A stretch of DNA of 35,998 nucleotides from Nemertoderma westbladi (taxonomy: Eukaryota > Animalia > Xenacoelomorpha). A program made the position numbers and the translations under genes. The stretch is from positions 1-35,998 of the forward strand of contig JAUCBJ010007222.1 of the NCBI GenBank assembly GCA_032718475.1, in the 5' to 3' direction. Below, piece after piece: positions 1 through 12,211 of the stretch. The first letter of the stretch is position 1. Each line of letters opens with the position of its first letter. The notes under the pieces were generated by a model. The model was not told the DNA's origin and searched no databases. It was given only the letters and a program-made list of their open reading frames with translations.

Positions 1-1
1 T

Positions 2-2827
2 GCAAATACCACTGTCCAGATAGCAGAGAGAGAAATCAATAATTTGTCTCCCGTCGTCCCGCGTCAGCCCGCTACTATGTTGGCGACTCCCGCTTCGGCG
101 GTTGAGTGGGTGGAAGAGGGACGGCGGGGGATGAATCTCCTGCTAGGACAGATGCAGGAGACTGTCCACCAACTTAAGGGAACGGTGAGGGAAAGTAGAG
201 CAGAGTTGCAAGAAGTGCAGCAAAGTATCGCGTTAGAACGCGACAAATTAGTCAATATACAAAAGGGCATACCAATACCCCCTGTAACATTGTGTCAACC
301 TGTTAGGTCTGAAGTATTACATGCGCAAGGTGTGGAGCCTACACGCATCTATACTGCTAGTGAAGTTGAAACTCCTATAGCAAACCCTATTAAGGGTGAT
401 TATAGACCTGTTATTAATGATATTCCCTATAGACCTGATAATGATCCGAGAAATTTGTATACCGATAATTCGATATTAAATAACACGATGGCCCAAGAAA
501 GCTTTACGCGTCAGATGGCTAGAACCGAAGCCCGCCAAGCGGTCAAAGTGGGAGAGATCGTCAAATTCAATGGAGATGAGATGAAATGGTTACCTTTCAA
601 CGAATATTACAAAGATAGCATACAGAACTCTGTACTATCTAACGGAGAGAAACTTAGATTCCTCATCAAGTGCTTGGAAGGACCTCCCAAGTTAATGGCG
701 TTAAAGTTTATTGGACATCCAGATGGATTAAGACAAGTTTGGGATACATTAAACATCAGGTATGGTAACAAGGATAACATAGCTAAGTATTTGTATACAA
801 AGTTAGTAGCCCCCCGACACTTCCTTAGTAGTGGGATTATAGAGTTTTCCGATGAAATACAAGAGATCTGTAGACAACTGGACTGGTTAGGTAAGTCGCA
901 CGAATACCAGAGTTCCATGGTTATTGGAGCCATAGTCTCTACTTTACCAAAGGGTGGAGTATGTACACGCTGGGACAAGAAAGTGTTGTACATGAGTGAA
1001 CAACAACGACGAAGTCCTACCATGGCTGATCTCATGTCCTTCTTAGATAGTGAAGTAAAATTACAACTCATAAGGCAGTCCAGAGAGAAAACATCGGAAA
1101 ATAAGGTAAGTGAGAAACCCGTTTCTAGGAGAAGGATAATCCCAGTGTGTTACACTGACGACGGCGAAAGCCAAGCTTCTCAAGAAGAGGACAGCGGGAA
1201 AGACACCGAACGATCTTACTATGACAACAAGACCTATAAAGACGTAAGTAAATACAAGTCTCGAACCAGTGACAGGAGAGAACAGGTAACAACAACTCCT
1301 CCTACGTCTCCTAAGAGAATTCACGGAAGAAAGCCCGAAGAAAGAACGAGAGTGCAGAACGTTAACCAAGTTAAGGTGAGTAACATCAAACCAAAATGTG
1401 CGCTGTGCGACGGGCCCCACCGTTTGAGTGCGTGTGCAGAATTCCTAAAGAAATCCATGGCAGATAGACGTGGAGTCCTGTGGGATAAGCGGTTATGTTA
1501 TAACTGTCTCAGACGCGGACACCAGCGGCGAACCTGTTACTCTGACGCAAGGTGTGCTAAGTGCGGCGCGAAACATCATAGCTTGTTGCACACGGAATTC
1601 GAACGAAACAGCCCGAGTCAGGTAAGTGAGCCCAAATCACATGTCCAATTCAGTGATGTGAACGACACTGACCAAAGTTCTGAGTGGGAAGGATTCTATA
1701 CGGACGAATTCTCCGACGCCAACGAATCCTGTTACCTAATAAATACCGCAGTGTATCGAGCACTTACTTACGAAAAAGACACCACCAATGAGTTTCCCCC
1801 AACTACTTTTGACAAACCACCATCTTGGAAAACTCCAACTTCCAATGTAGGAATCAGAGAATTTCCTGTAGTGCAGGTAAGAGTTCACGGTCCCAACAAG
1901 AGTTACATAGTGAACGCCCTACTTGACTCCGGCAGCACAGGAACATTCATCGATCAAGAACTAGCCGAAGATATCTTTGCTGGACAACCCAAGTTCCGGA
2001 CTAAATTGAATATGTCAGGAATTATGCAGGTTTGGAAATCTACCCTAACGGCAGATTACTATGTAGGTGTGTTGTCCACCCCCCAGGATAAGTTAGGAAC
2101 ACAAGGTATAAGGTCAGTAAAAATGGTGGCTATAAAGAACTTTGCTACTACTCAAGCAGAACCTTATAACTGGGACGAGGACGAGTGCATCCAACATCTT
2201 GAGATACCTCGATTCCAAACCGATTATCCTGGAGTGCAAATACTCATCGGCCAAAACGCGCATGAGGCGCTCGAGCCATTAGAGAAACGGCCTGCTCAAC
2301 CACAGCCACTACAAACCTATGCGGTAAGAACTAGAGTAGGTTGGTACTTCACTGGCCCTTCCCGTAGAACTCTCAAAGAGAGATTACCTCAACAACAGGT
2401 ATACCAAGTAAAGGGGGAAGTGGAGAGCAGTGATGTGGACGACCCAACTGAGGGAACACCATACTCCTCAGATAATGACGATATTAACTCCAATGTAGAT
2501 CAATGGAGACATTGCCTTAGGACGATTAATCCAGCCGACATCGCTTCCAGAGGAGCAACTCCTCAAGAACTGATAGATACTCCAGGCTGGTTAGGTGGAT
2601 CCGACTTCTTAAGTAAAGAAGAAGAAGAATGGCCTCCTCATCTTACCACGGCGGAGAGTAGACAGGCCAAGGGAGCGGAGAAACTAACACAACCACTCAA
2701 TCGCCCAGCTAGTCGTTTATGTTTACTGGAAAGAGACCGAAAACTGTCCGGAAACTATGGAAGGCAAGATACTCTTCCTACGACCACTTCCCTAATCCGA
2801 CAAATATCTAGGGACTCCATAACGTAA
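2..2827 (+). mobile_element. BEL/Pao LTR retrotransposon Gag-protease ORF, internally deleted (no RT or integrase core); N-terminus lies upstream of the window
   Basis: Frame is open from base 2. DUF1759-like Gag (KFNGDEMKWLPF...EKLRFLIKCLEG). BEL-type triple zinc knuckle (CALCDGPHRLSAC, CYNCLRRGHQRRTC, CAKCGAKHHSLLH). Aspartic protease ALLDSGS...ILIGQ...RTRVGWYFTGP. After that only the Pao RNase H tail (QWRHC..NPADIASRG...WLGGSDFL...EEWP, ~2489-2635) and the DUF5641-like end motif (RPASRLCLLE, ~2696-2731). Confidence 0.92.
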
Positions 2828-3949
2828 TAACATATGGAGTGGGCGTGTGACTATATCATTTTATATTTGTTTTTATTTTATATTTATGTATGTATTATTA
2901 TGTAATTTTATTATAATCGTTTTCTTTAATTTTATTTAGTAGAATGTTAGTTTAGAATATTTAGTAAATTAGTGCAATATATTAGTGTTTATTACGTACA
3001 TAATTACTTATAATATATATTTAGTGCGACGGCAAGAAGCAATTATTTTCTCTTTCCTTACTGTCCGTATTATATTATAAATGCGAGACTATAGTAAGAT
3101 GACATGTCAGTACTTCTTAAAGTACAATAAAGCCACTACTATATTTAAGTATTATTGGTAGGCAGAGTATTAGGAATGCAAAGTTCAGATCCTCGTGTCT
3201 CGGCTAAACCAAGCTCTGGGTAGACCTTGGAAACGACTTGCCTCTTCACACTGACATTGCTTCGTGCGATATTGCTCTTCTACCTTATAACAAATAATAC
3301 ATATAGTAGCGTGATGTCCCTCTAACAGTAGCGTCAATCGCAAATAAATCTGTTAAATTTTTGACCATCTGTAATTCTAGTCGATTAAGCTATCGTGGCA
3401 CCCACCGATATACTTGAAAGACAAATTCTAGAATCAGTGGTTAACGTCCCCAGACAAGTTCTGGAATAAATCGGTGCCCATCCTAAATATTAATTTAATA
3501 TTTATTAAAATTTGTAAAATCACGATCCTTCAAAATTTCTAGTCACTTAAGATATCGCAGTATTTACCGATATTCTTAGAAAGACTATTTTATAGAATTA
3601 AGGATCCTATGTCCCCAGACTTGCTCTGGAATAAAATTTATGTCAATTTAACATCAAATAATAAAATTCACGGGAATAAATTAAATTCATATTTAAATGA
3701 ATTTCATAAATTGTCATTTTGTGCAATTTATAACATTCCCAAAATTCCAGTAATTAATAGATCATGGGAGCGGAGATTCATATTGAGTGTGCTAAGAGTG
3801 TGAGAATCTCCAACATATAGTCAATAGCCGATAAAATTTATAAAATCATGCATAAAGAGGATATTGACAATTAAAGAATTACTATTAAATAACATCCCAG
3901 ATCTGTATGCATGAGGATTGCCCTAATTCTACCGCTAGTTTTCCATAAT

Positions 3950-3963
3950 GTCACCATGGCAAC
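3950..3963. promoter_or_regulatory. RFX X-box-like site
   Basis: GTCACCATGGCAAC matches the X-box consensus GTNRCC-AT-RGYAAC; function untested. Confidence 0.35.
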
Positions 3964-4447
3964 ACCCACGCTAGAATTAGAAGCAAGTTAAAAGAACAAT
4001 AAAAGGCTTGCCCCATTGTGTAGCATAAGAGTATACATAGCGCACTATTAGTATCCAAGGATACATATTAAATACGTGACATTCTGGAAGACACTGACTA
4101 ACGGACAAATGGTATGCATGTGTGCAGTAAGTAATGATTGTATGGAATTTGTGCGTTTATAGGTGAATGTTACTACTAAAGTGTGTTTACAGTAGCTAAT
4201 CGCAATTGTAAAATAGCCCTAACTCTACCGAGATAACCTCAAGTGGATTCAAGCCTTTGGGACGGACAGTGGTGGGACTTGTGTCGATTGTCGTTGTCGT
4301 GCTGTTGCTACATGTTGGCGCAAACACCGCGACAGCGGTACATCGGCGCTGAGAAACCCACTGTCCGGGGTCAAAGACTAGTAGGCAGCGACGCCCGCTT
4401 GCCTAAATATTGACTCATACTAATATTAACAAACTCAGATAGCAGAT

Positions 4448-5737
4448 ATGACGGAATTGATAGAAGATGACCTTGGTATTAGAGAGCGATATACTCTACC
4501 TTTACAAGCGTTTGTGGATAGCTTGATACGCGGTGAAGCCGATCCGACTATTACGGAGGACGATGGTCGTTATATCGAACCGCCGATGTCCCAAGAGCAA
4601 CTTACGTGTGAATTGGACTATCGAAAATTAACCGCTCGCTATACGCATCGTAATGGTACGTATATGGACTTCTTAACTACCGGCCATCCTATCGATTTAC
4701 AGGATACGGACGATGTAGACACCGAAAGGGAAATGGTTCTATTTAAATATCATACCCAGCGGCGTCGTAACGATAAACCGAGAATAGATCACGAAAATTC
4801 TATTCGTAACAGACTGGGAAGACGAACCAATATGTCTGGAATCTGAAGAGATTCAGCCTATCGCGCTCGGAACAACGACAACGATTACATCCTAGAATGG
4901 TATCAAGGTCCACAGTGTCTCACTGCGTACGATTATCGCCATGCCAACTATGTTTCTCGGCAACGTTGTCGGTTATGCGCATCGAGAGACCATGTTACGC
5001 CCATGGACACAAACGTCCGCTGTTCCTATTTCCACGAACAACCGGCGATGGAAATTTATTGCGCGTATTGCAGATTTAATAATTTGCATATTTTTGCGGT
5101 TTGCCCTCAATTTATGACTCAATGTCACCACTGTCAACTAAAGGGACACGCCAGTTTCGATTGCCCTTTTTAATCGCGATTTGGAAAGCGTAGATGAAAT
5201 GATCACACTACGTTACATTAGAGCTTGGGAAGCGAACGCTGATTTATATCGTGATTCGCGCCATCGCTATTATCCTGGACGCGCTTACGAAGGAATTTAT
5301 GCGTTCCATCCTTATCTATTCGCTTCTGTCGAACAGAAATCACGCATATCGAGTTACAGGAAGTATATCGACGGCCTTACGAGTACCGAGCCCGCGAACG
5401 CGAGTTGGAAAGAACCATTAAACCAAGGAAGTTTCTAACTGCCTATGGTCCACCCACGGCCCTCGTTCAGACCACTCGTAAAGGACCCGTAAGAGCGGCT
5501 GTCTTGAAACGAGCTCTCAAAGCCGTTAGACCCCTCTCCCCGGACGTTGATGTCAATCAACCCAGTACTTCGACCGGCGGATATACCGATCGCAATCCCA
5601 TACCTTCTGATGCAATCATATTGCACCCTTCACCCAGGAGTTATAGCCCTCCTCGTAAAGTGGCTCGCCCCAAAGAGAAAAGGACTCTTGCTAGCTTTAA
5701 AAAACTGCGTAAACGCCGTCCGCGCAAGAAAGACTAG
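4448..5737 (+). pseudogene. Decayed ~430-codon accessory ORF with three CCHC-like zinc knuckles and a basic C-terminal tail, probably retroelement-borne
   Basis: ORF 4448-4846 continues past TGA (4844-4846) in the same frame into CRLCASRDH-x9-C, CAYCRFNNLHIFAVC and CHHCQLKGHASFDC (4967-5164). A +1 shift in the T5 run at 5167-5171 joins ORF 5181-5438. A compensating shift returns to the original frame, ending KKLRKRRPRKKD*. Confidence 0.6.
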
Positions 5738-5807
5738 CTGTTTAGAGTATTTTTATATTTTAGAAACTGTGATTTTGTATATTTTATAGACTTAAATCCC
5801 ATTTTCT

Positions 5808-6849
5808 GGGAGCGGTGTAAAAGCTTTTGTGGGATAACTGATACGTTTGCCTTTGCTGGCCAGTTCCCCCCCAGGCGCTGGAATACTCTAAAAAGGTTTT
5901 CTAACTGTATATATATTCCCCTCGCCCGCAAGGTACCTTTACAGGTGTTTTAACGGACATAAAAATCATTCTGCTATATACGTGTTTTGGCGGACATGGT
6001 AAGGCAAAAAACTTGTAATGCACCAACTACCTTTCACAGCTTAGCCGTGATGATTCATATTACGACATCTAGCAGCTGGTTGCTGACATGGAAACAGCCA
6101 TTGGACGCGTAGTTCTTTGTTTGGCTTGGGCCAATCAGGGCGGTTTTTACTGTCGACGTGTAGCTTTTTAGTCGATCATAAGGAGAGTGTTCAGTCTTAC
6201 TGCTTTTTCTTGTTACTTTGTTGTTATTGCTGTCTAAGCCAGAAACACCGGCCTTTTGGGAAGAACTATAGTAAACTGCTTGAATTATCGAAAGTATAAA
6301 CTGTTACCTAATGAAACTCACTAATTAACATACTCACTTAATTTAATTGCATTAATCATATTGTTTGTACTGTTATTTTACCGTCAGTTATTAATTGTAA
6401 ATATTTGTTGATGGAAATATCGCTATTTGGATAATACGGATAAATCACCCAATTCCCAATTTTCTTGATAACACTACAGGTTAGAGAGACCGGCTATACA
6501 TAACAATTGCGATTTATATTAATGTGGTGTGTATTGAATCCAATGTTATTTAGCAGACCCTACGTGAGTCAATTACTGCTCTCTTTATGTGTGATCAAAT
6601 GTACTGACTGTCGGCAGAATAGTGTGTATGATTGTGATTGGTAACAAAGTATTTCCTAAAGAATACGTTTTATACTTTAATCATAAGCAGTATCGTTGCG
6701 TTTAGTATAAGTCTTAGTTCTGTTTAAATAGATAAAGCGCCACGTCCTAAAGGAACTGTTAATATTTCCCGAAAGCCAATAATATCTGTCAGAGATTAAT
6801 TATTAACGATCTATCGAATAATACATTAGGTATACACTGCAACCTTACA
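5808..6849 (+). mobile_element. Candidate polypurine tract and 3' LTR
   Basis: GGGAGCGG (5808-5815) directly precedes TGTAA (5816). TTACA ending at 6849 gives TGTAA...TTACA inverted ends. CCAAT and TCAGT-like promoter motifs lie inside. The 5' LTR is not in the window, so the boundaries are unconfirmed. An alternative PPT/TGT lies at 2836-2848. Confidence 0.35.
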
Positions 6850-8192
6850 CTGTAATAATACAATTCAAGCATCCGAATTCAGTCTCCCGGGTGTAGATCC
6901 ATCGGGTGAATGATCGCGCATGGGCTGACTTCGGCTAATGTTTTGCGTATTAGCATAAATTATTGTCGTATGCTAAAGTGGTTTTAATTAACGAAAAGAC
7001 ATATAAATTTTGGCAGGTTAAACTGCTAAAGGTCTTCGAAAGCGCGAACACTGTAATGACCTTGTCAGCTCCCCCACCCCACCCCTCACCAGCCACCATA
7101 CAACGAGTGCCCTGGTAATTTAAACATCACATATTAAATGTAGCCCTATTATGGTTGGTTGGCTATTGGATGGCCATTCCCATGTTAGCCAATAATATTA
7201 ATTGCGCATTGTTGTGTTGAGAGCTGTTGGGAGTTTGTAGTAGGATCACGTGACATTGGTAAATATACTGATTGCAATATTGCTTTTCTAAACCGCTCAG
7301 CCGGTACATGGAACGACTGTGCAGTTCTGCAGTTCCTTTGTATTTCATATTCTCCGAAACGTAATGACTGGTTGCATTCTTGCATTACATGATTACGGTA
7401 CCTCACCTTAGCAGGTTACTGGCATACTGGGTTAGGCAGTTAGGTAGGGGAGTCTGTGAGTAGAGTCGGCCTACTTGCCTAGCCTACTGCAACGACGGGA
7501 CCGGTTGAGGCTGAGCGGAGTCTTGTTATGTCTGTATGTCTGTCTGTACTGTATGCTGTAGGCCTACTCCAGTACTCTTGCTGTATAGGGTGAAAGGGCA
7601 GTGCAGTAGAGGTGTAGCGGTGTAGGTAGTAGTAGGAGTAGGGGTAGGTCTATCCAGCTATCACCGATGCTGGATGCTGGTCAGCTGGTAGCGTGGTAGG
7701 TTTGCAGTCATAGTTTGTACAAAATATGAATATAACATTGTTTGCAAGAAGGAAATAGGCTGATAGGTTGAAACCCCATTTCACAGACATAGCACATTGG
7801 TAACACTTTCATTCTGTCTGGAATCTGGGAATTGGTGCAACATAATTGGTTATTTTGATCGGATCCACTTTTGAGTCTGCATTGCCTACCATTATTTCCG
7901 GAATTGTGCTTGGTACACCAATTCCGGACAAGCCCGACTCAACAAAAAGAATGCCCAGTCCCACCCACCCACAAGATGGCACTGGACTGGACAATTGATG
8001 TTAGTGTTTTATTTTGAAGCTGAATAATGTAATGTAAAGAAAAAACTTAATTTGTAGACTTATGATTGGTCAAACTGAAGTAAAAGAGGGAAATTCAATA
8101 TTTTGTCCGGAATTGGTATAGTTAACCCTAATCTTGTATCATGTTTTTAACTTTCGTTTATTGTTTTGGTTCCCTCACCCCAACACCTGAAC

Positions 8193-9842
8193 GAGGTAGA
8201 ATAAAACGTCTGTCCTTATCTGATCTGATCTGACGACATCTGATCCTATAACCAATCAGGAGAAAGAGATATAGGTAAATAGCCAATAATAGGGCTGATC
8301 AGGTTGCCATGTTACGTATCAGTATCATCATATGAAAGAGCAGTAGGCCTACAGGCATACCGGTATGTAGCCAATGCAGCAAAGACATGTTAAAAATGCG
8401 ATATTCAGTAGGATGAAGGATGGCGGGTATGAAATGAGATGTCTTACATTTTATATGGCTTATGTACAATGTTAATAAAAAACTTCAACTTCAAAGTTCT
8501 GTGATTGCCCCAGCAAACATAGATAGTTTCAGATGTAAACAACTTTCGCAGACTGGCAGATGTAGTCGGTGTTGAAACATTAATCATTTATTAAAAACAA
8601 TACAGCCTTTCTGCCTTTGCTGCAATATTTTAGTAATCTTTCTTGTTAATAGTTTATTAATAGTTAAAGTTAATTATTTTATTTATAATATTATTACATT
8701 TAAAATATTTATTGTTTGTTTGTTACGCTAAAGGGAAGGCAGGAAGAGGTACAGTACCTCTGTACAGTACTGTTACTGCCGAATATGGCGAAACACTTTA
8801 ACATTCCCCATATTGCCCTGATTGCCAGCTGATACAGTGGAGTTTATTATACCCAAACGATGAAGGAAGATGGTAAGGTGGGTGGGAAGGTGGAAATCAA
8901 ACGTTGTTTTTACCTTCCTATTGAAGGAAAAGAGCAGGTTACAGCGGCGATAATTTCTAACCAAAACAATAAACGATGTTGTTGAAAATTTTCACCCACC
9001 GCCGAAAAATACAAGTTTCAGAATTCTTATGCAATTTTTACATATTCCATTGAATTCAGAACCCTCACAAATCCGTATAACGCAAGAAACCCCATATACT
9101 TCCGAAAAATACAAGTTTTGAGATGTACCGGTATAGTTGTTAGATAAATATTTATTCCATTAAATTCAGTGTTCAGAGCCCCCTTAAACCTCTAAAATGT
9201 AAGATAGGACTATGAGTTGTCACAATCAATTGAACTATTGAATGACTCCATTTTCAAAATTTCTTGCTGGCACCAAATTTTGCACACGGCACCGAAAAAT
9301 ACAACGTTGATGATATGCCTGGTGCAATTCATATATATTCCAACGAGACTAGAACGCCTAAAACCCCTATTGCGGAAAAAACAGCTTCAAATAATCAATT
9401 TACAAAATTGAAATATTTCAAAATTTGGGGCTGGCACCAAAATTTGGCACCCGCCGCTAAAAACAAGATTAAAATTTCTAGCTTATTTTATATGAATTCC
9501 TTTTAGTTATTTTCAGTTAGTCTTTTAGTTAGTACCGTTAGTTTCAGAGGGGGGGGGGGGGGGGGGGTGTGTTATATTGACTGACATGGGCAGAAACTCC
9601 AGTACTCATTTAGCTACCATTTAAGGATGCAAGGCAGAGATGCCTCGCTAAACCCTTCAAAGCATTCGTGACGAAACGAAAACTACCTTGGCCCCCATGC
9701 CGGGGTTGAACCCACAACCTCCATGAGATGTGAATTCAATATAACCACTACACCAAGGTGGGCTCTGAACCAAGGTGGAACAAGTGTCAGATACCGTCAG
9801 ATCAGATCAGATCAGATAAGGACAGACGTTTTAGCCATCCTA
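8193..9842. mobile_element. Non-autonomous Mutator-like TIR element
   Basis: ~50-bp imperfect TIRs sharing TAAAACGTCTGTCCTTATCTGATCTGATCTGA. 9-bp TSD CACCTGAAC at 8184-8192 and 9843-9851. Confidence 0.75.
9570..9763 (-). mobile_element. tRNA-derived SINE-like fragment
   Basis: Minus strand reads CCTTGGTGTAGTGGTTA (A box) ... GGGTTCAACCC (B box), followed by a non-tRNA body; no complete cloverleaf. The 3' end is approximate. Confidence 0.5.
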
Positions 9843-10658
9843 CACCTGAACACGCCTCTGTAAGTAACCTCAGAACCTGCTCTTTTAAATAAAAGTACCG
9901 GTACCGGTAACTTGCATATTCTTGTATCATGTGTTAACTTTCGTTTATTGTTTTGGTTCCCCCAACACGCCTCTGTAACCTGCTCCTTTAAATGTCAATG
10001 TTACATTCGGACTTAGTAATTTGTAGATCGAATGTAACATAGAACATAGTTATAGGATCCAATGTAACATAATTGCGGTTACGTTCGATACGTAATACAG
10101 TAATAACCTGATGATAACTACTATTTTACATTCGATCCTGATTACGTTCGGTCATGTATCCAAGTTAGCGTATTTTTATGGTGGCGTTTGGCATTTGGAG
10201 CCATGTTAATTGTTTATGCGGTTATGCCTATAGCTACTGGTTATTCTGTTATTAATAGCTACAGAGCTATACCCTGTAGGCCCTACCCCTCCTACCGGTA
10301 GACCATCTAAAAAGTGTACCGGATAGCGCGCCGACCAATATTCAGATATTTATGCGCGCCGCGCGCCGATGCAATTTCAAATCAAAACCCGCGCCAACGA
10401 AATTTTTATTCGCACTGCACATTGAAACAATTTTGAAGAGCGCCGCACCAATGCAATTTCAATTGTGAAGGAGTGTAACCAAAACCAAACCATAGCAGCA
10501 TAGCATACTGGCATAGTCTGCCAAAGTCAGTACTGCTTGTCTGCTGTGCACTGTGCTGTACCTGTCCCTGTTCAGCAGTGACCGGACAACAGAACAAAGA
10601 AAGGCGAGCGACAGAGCGAAGCGAGCCGAATTTTTTTTACAGCTAATGCAATTTTTAA

Positions 10659-12211
10659 GGGTTTGACTAAATACGCCACCGACAACCACCGACACCTTTC
10701 GCATACCACAAGTAAAATCGCAAACCGACAGTATACCAACAACTTCGGCAATGTTAGTAAACTATTTCAGTACATCTGTACATGGTTATACAATTTTTTT
10801 TTCCAATCCAAATATTTATAACAAATTATATTGTCCACTGTCGGCCTGTTGTCGGTGGTGTAATTAGTCATGATAATTTCTTTAATAGCCTATATAATAC
10901 CGCCTTCATAAATTATCTGTTTTAAATTATTATATTGCATACCGTACCGGTAACGTACCTAATGGTAAAAATCGTTAGTGTTTTTCATATGTCGGTGGTG
11001 GTATATTTCTGCGGTATCCGTTCCTATGCTCTGACATACAGTACAGTGCAATACAATTCCGAAATTTATTACTTTACATACACCTGCACATTGTGTGCAG
11101 TAATTGGTATTTACCTAAATGATGTAGGCCTAAACTAAAGTGAAGGAAGGAAACAAGAAACAACTGAAGCTCCTTTCTCTCTTGGATGTTACCGGAGAAG
11201 AATGGTTGCAGGTTGCCCAACACAATCTCCCAAGGATGACCACTTCATAATCATAACTATGTATTCACCCTTTTCTGTATCCCCTTACTGCCTTAAGCCA
11301 GGCGACATATTGCACTTTTGGATTTGTTAACCTAAGACAGTCTGACTACCACCGACAAAAACTAATAATAATAGCAACACACCGACATATGAAAAACACT
11401 CACGATTTTTACCATTACGCTATGCAATATAATAATTTAAAACAAGATAATATATGAAGGCGGTATTATATTTTAAAGAAATTATCATGAATAATTACAC
11501 CACCGACAACAGGCCAACAGTGGACATGGACAATATACTTTGTTACGGTCCTACGAATTACCCCAAAATACCCCAAAACACCCCAAAATACCCCAAAACA
11601 CCCCAAAAGACCCCAAAATAGTATAAAACTACCCCAAAATACCCCAAAATAGTTTAGAATTACCCCAAAATACCCCAAAATAGTTTAGAATTACCCCAAA
11701 ATACTTTTTTTTCAGCCTTTGTTTTGGAAATTTAATTTACCCCAAAATATGGCAAAATGACGAATTACCCCAAAATAATGACGAATTACCCCAAAATAAT
11801 TAAAAAATTTTTCTTCACTCTCGTTTATTGTTTTGGTTAAAAAAACTTGCCACTGTAACCTGCTCCTTTCCCTCGCTGTTAAAAAACATGGTTAGCTTAT
11901 TTTGGGGTATTTTGGGGTAATTTTTTAGCCTTTTTGGGGTATTTTGGGGTAATATTTGACTATTTTGGGGTATTTTGGAGTATTTTGGGGTATTTTGGGG
12001 TGTTTTGGGGTATTTTGGGGTAATTCGTAGGACCCCTTTGTTATAAATATTTGGAGTTGGACTGGAAATAAAAATTGTATAATCATGTACCGGTACTGAA
12101 ATAGTTTACTAACATTGCCGAAGTTGTCGGTATACTGTCGGTTTGCGATCTTACCTGTCGGTTTGTGTCGGTGGTATGCGAAAGGTGTCGGTGGCGTATT
12201 TAGTCAAATCC
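10659..12211. mobile_element. Foldback-type non-autonomous DNA transposon with ~340-bp TIRs
   Basis: Left arm 10659-~11000 is the reverse complement of ~11378-12211 once the nested MITE is removed. Ends GGGTTTGACTAAATACGCC / GGCGTATTTAGTCAAATCC. 8-bp TSD ATTTTTAA at 10651-10658 and 12212-12219. Confidence 0.85.
11546..12035. mobile_element. MITE with CCCCAAAATA minisatellite TIRs, nested in the right arm of the foldback element
   Basis: Ends CGGTCCTACGAATTACCCC / GGGGTAATTCGTAGGACCC. 10-bp tandem units are inverted between the arms. 8-bp TSD CTTTGTTA at 11538-11545 and 12036-12043. Confidence 0.88.

Noticed and set aside
64-1420. Minus-strand ORFs overlapping gag
   Set aside because: No domain features; expected antisense shadows.
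4844-4846. Selenocysteine or programmed read-through at the in-frame TGA
   Set aside because: The same ORF also has frameshifts and I identified no SECIS, so decay is the simpler explanation.
9690-9763. Functional tRNA gene
   Set aside because: A and B boxes are present, but the acceptor and anticodon stems do not pair convincingly; treated as a SINE head.
11466-11678. Hydrophobic G/F/W-rich 70-aa ORF
   Set aside because: Translation of the CCCCAAAATA minisatellite of a MITE.
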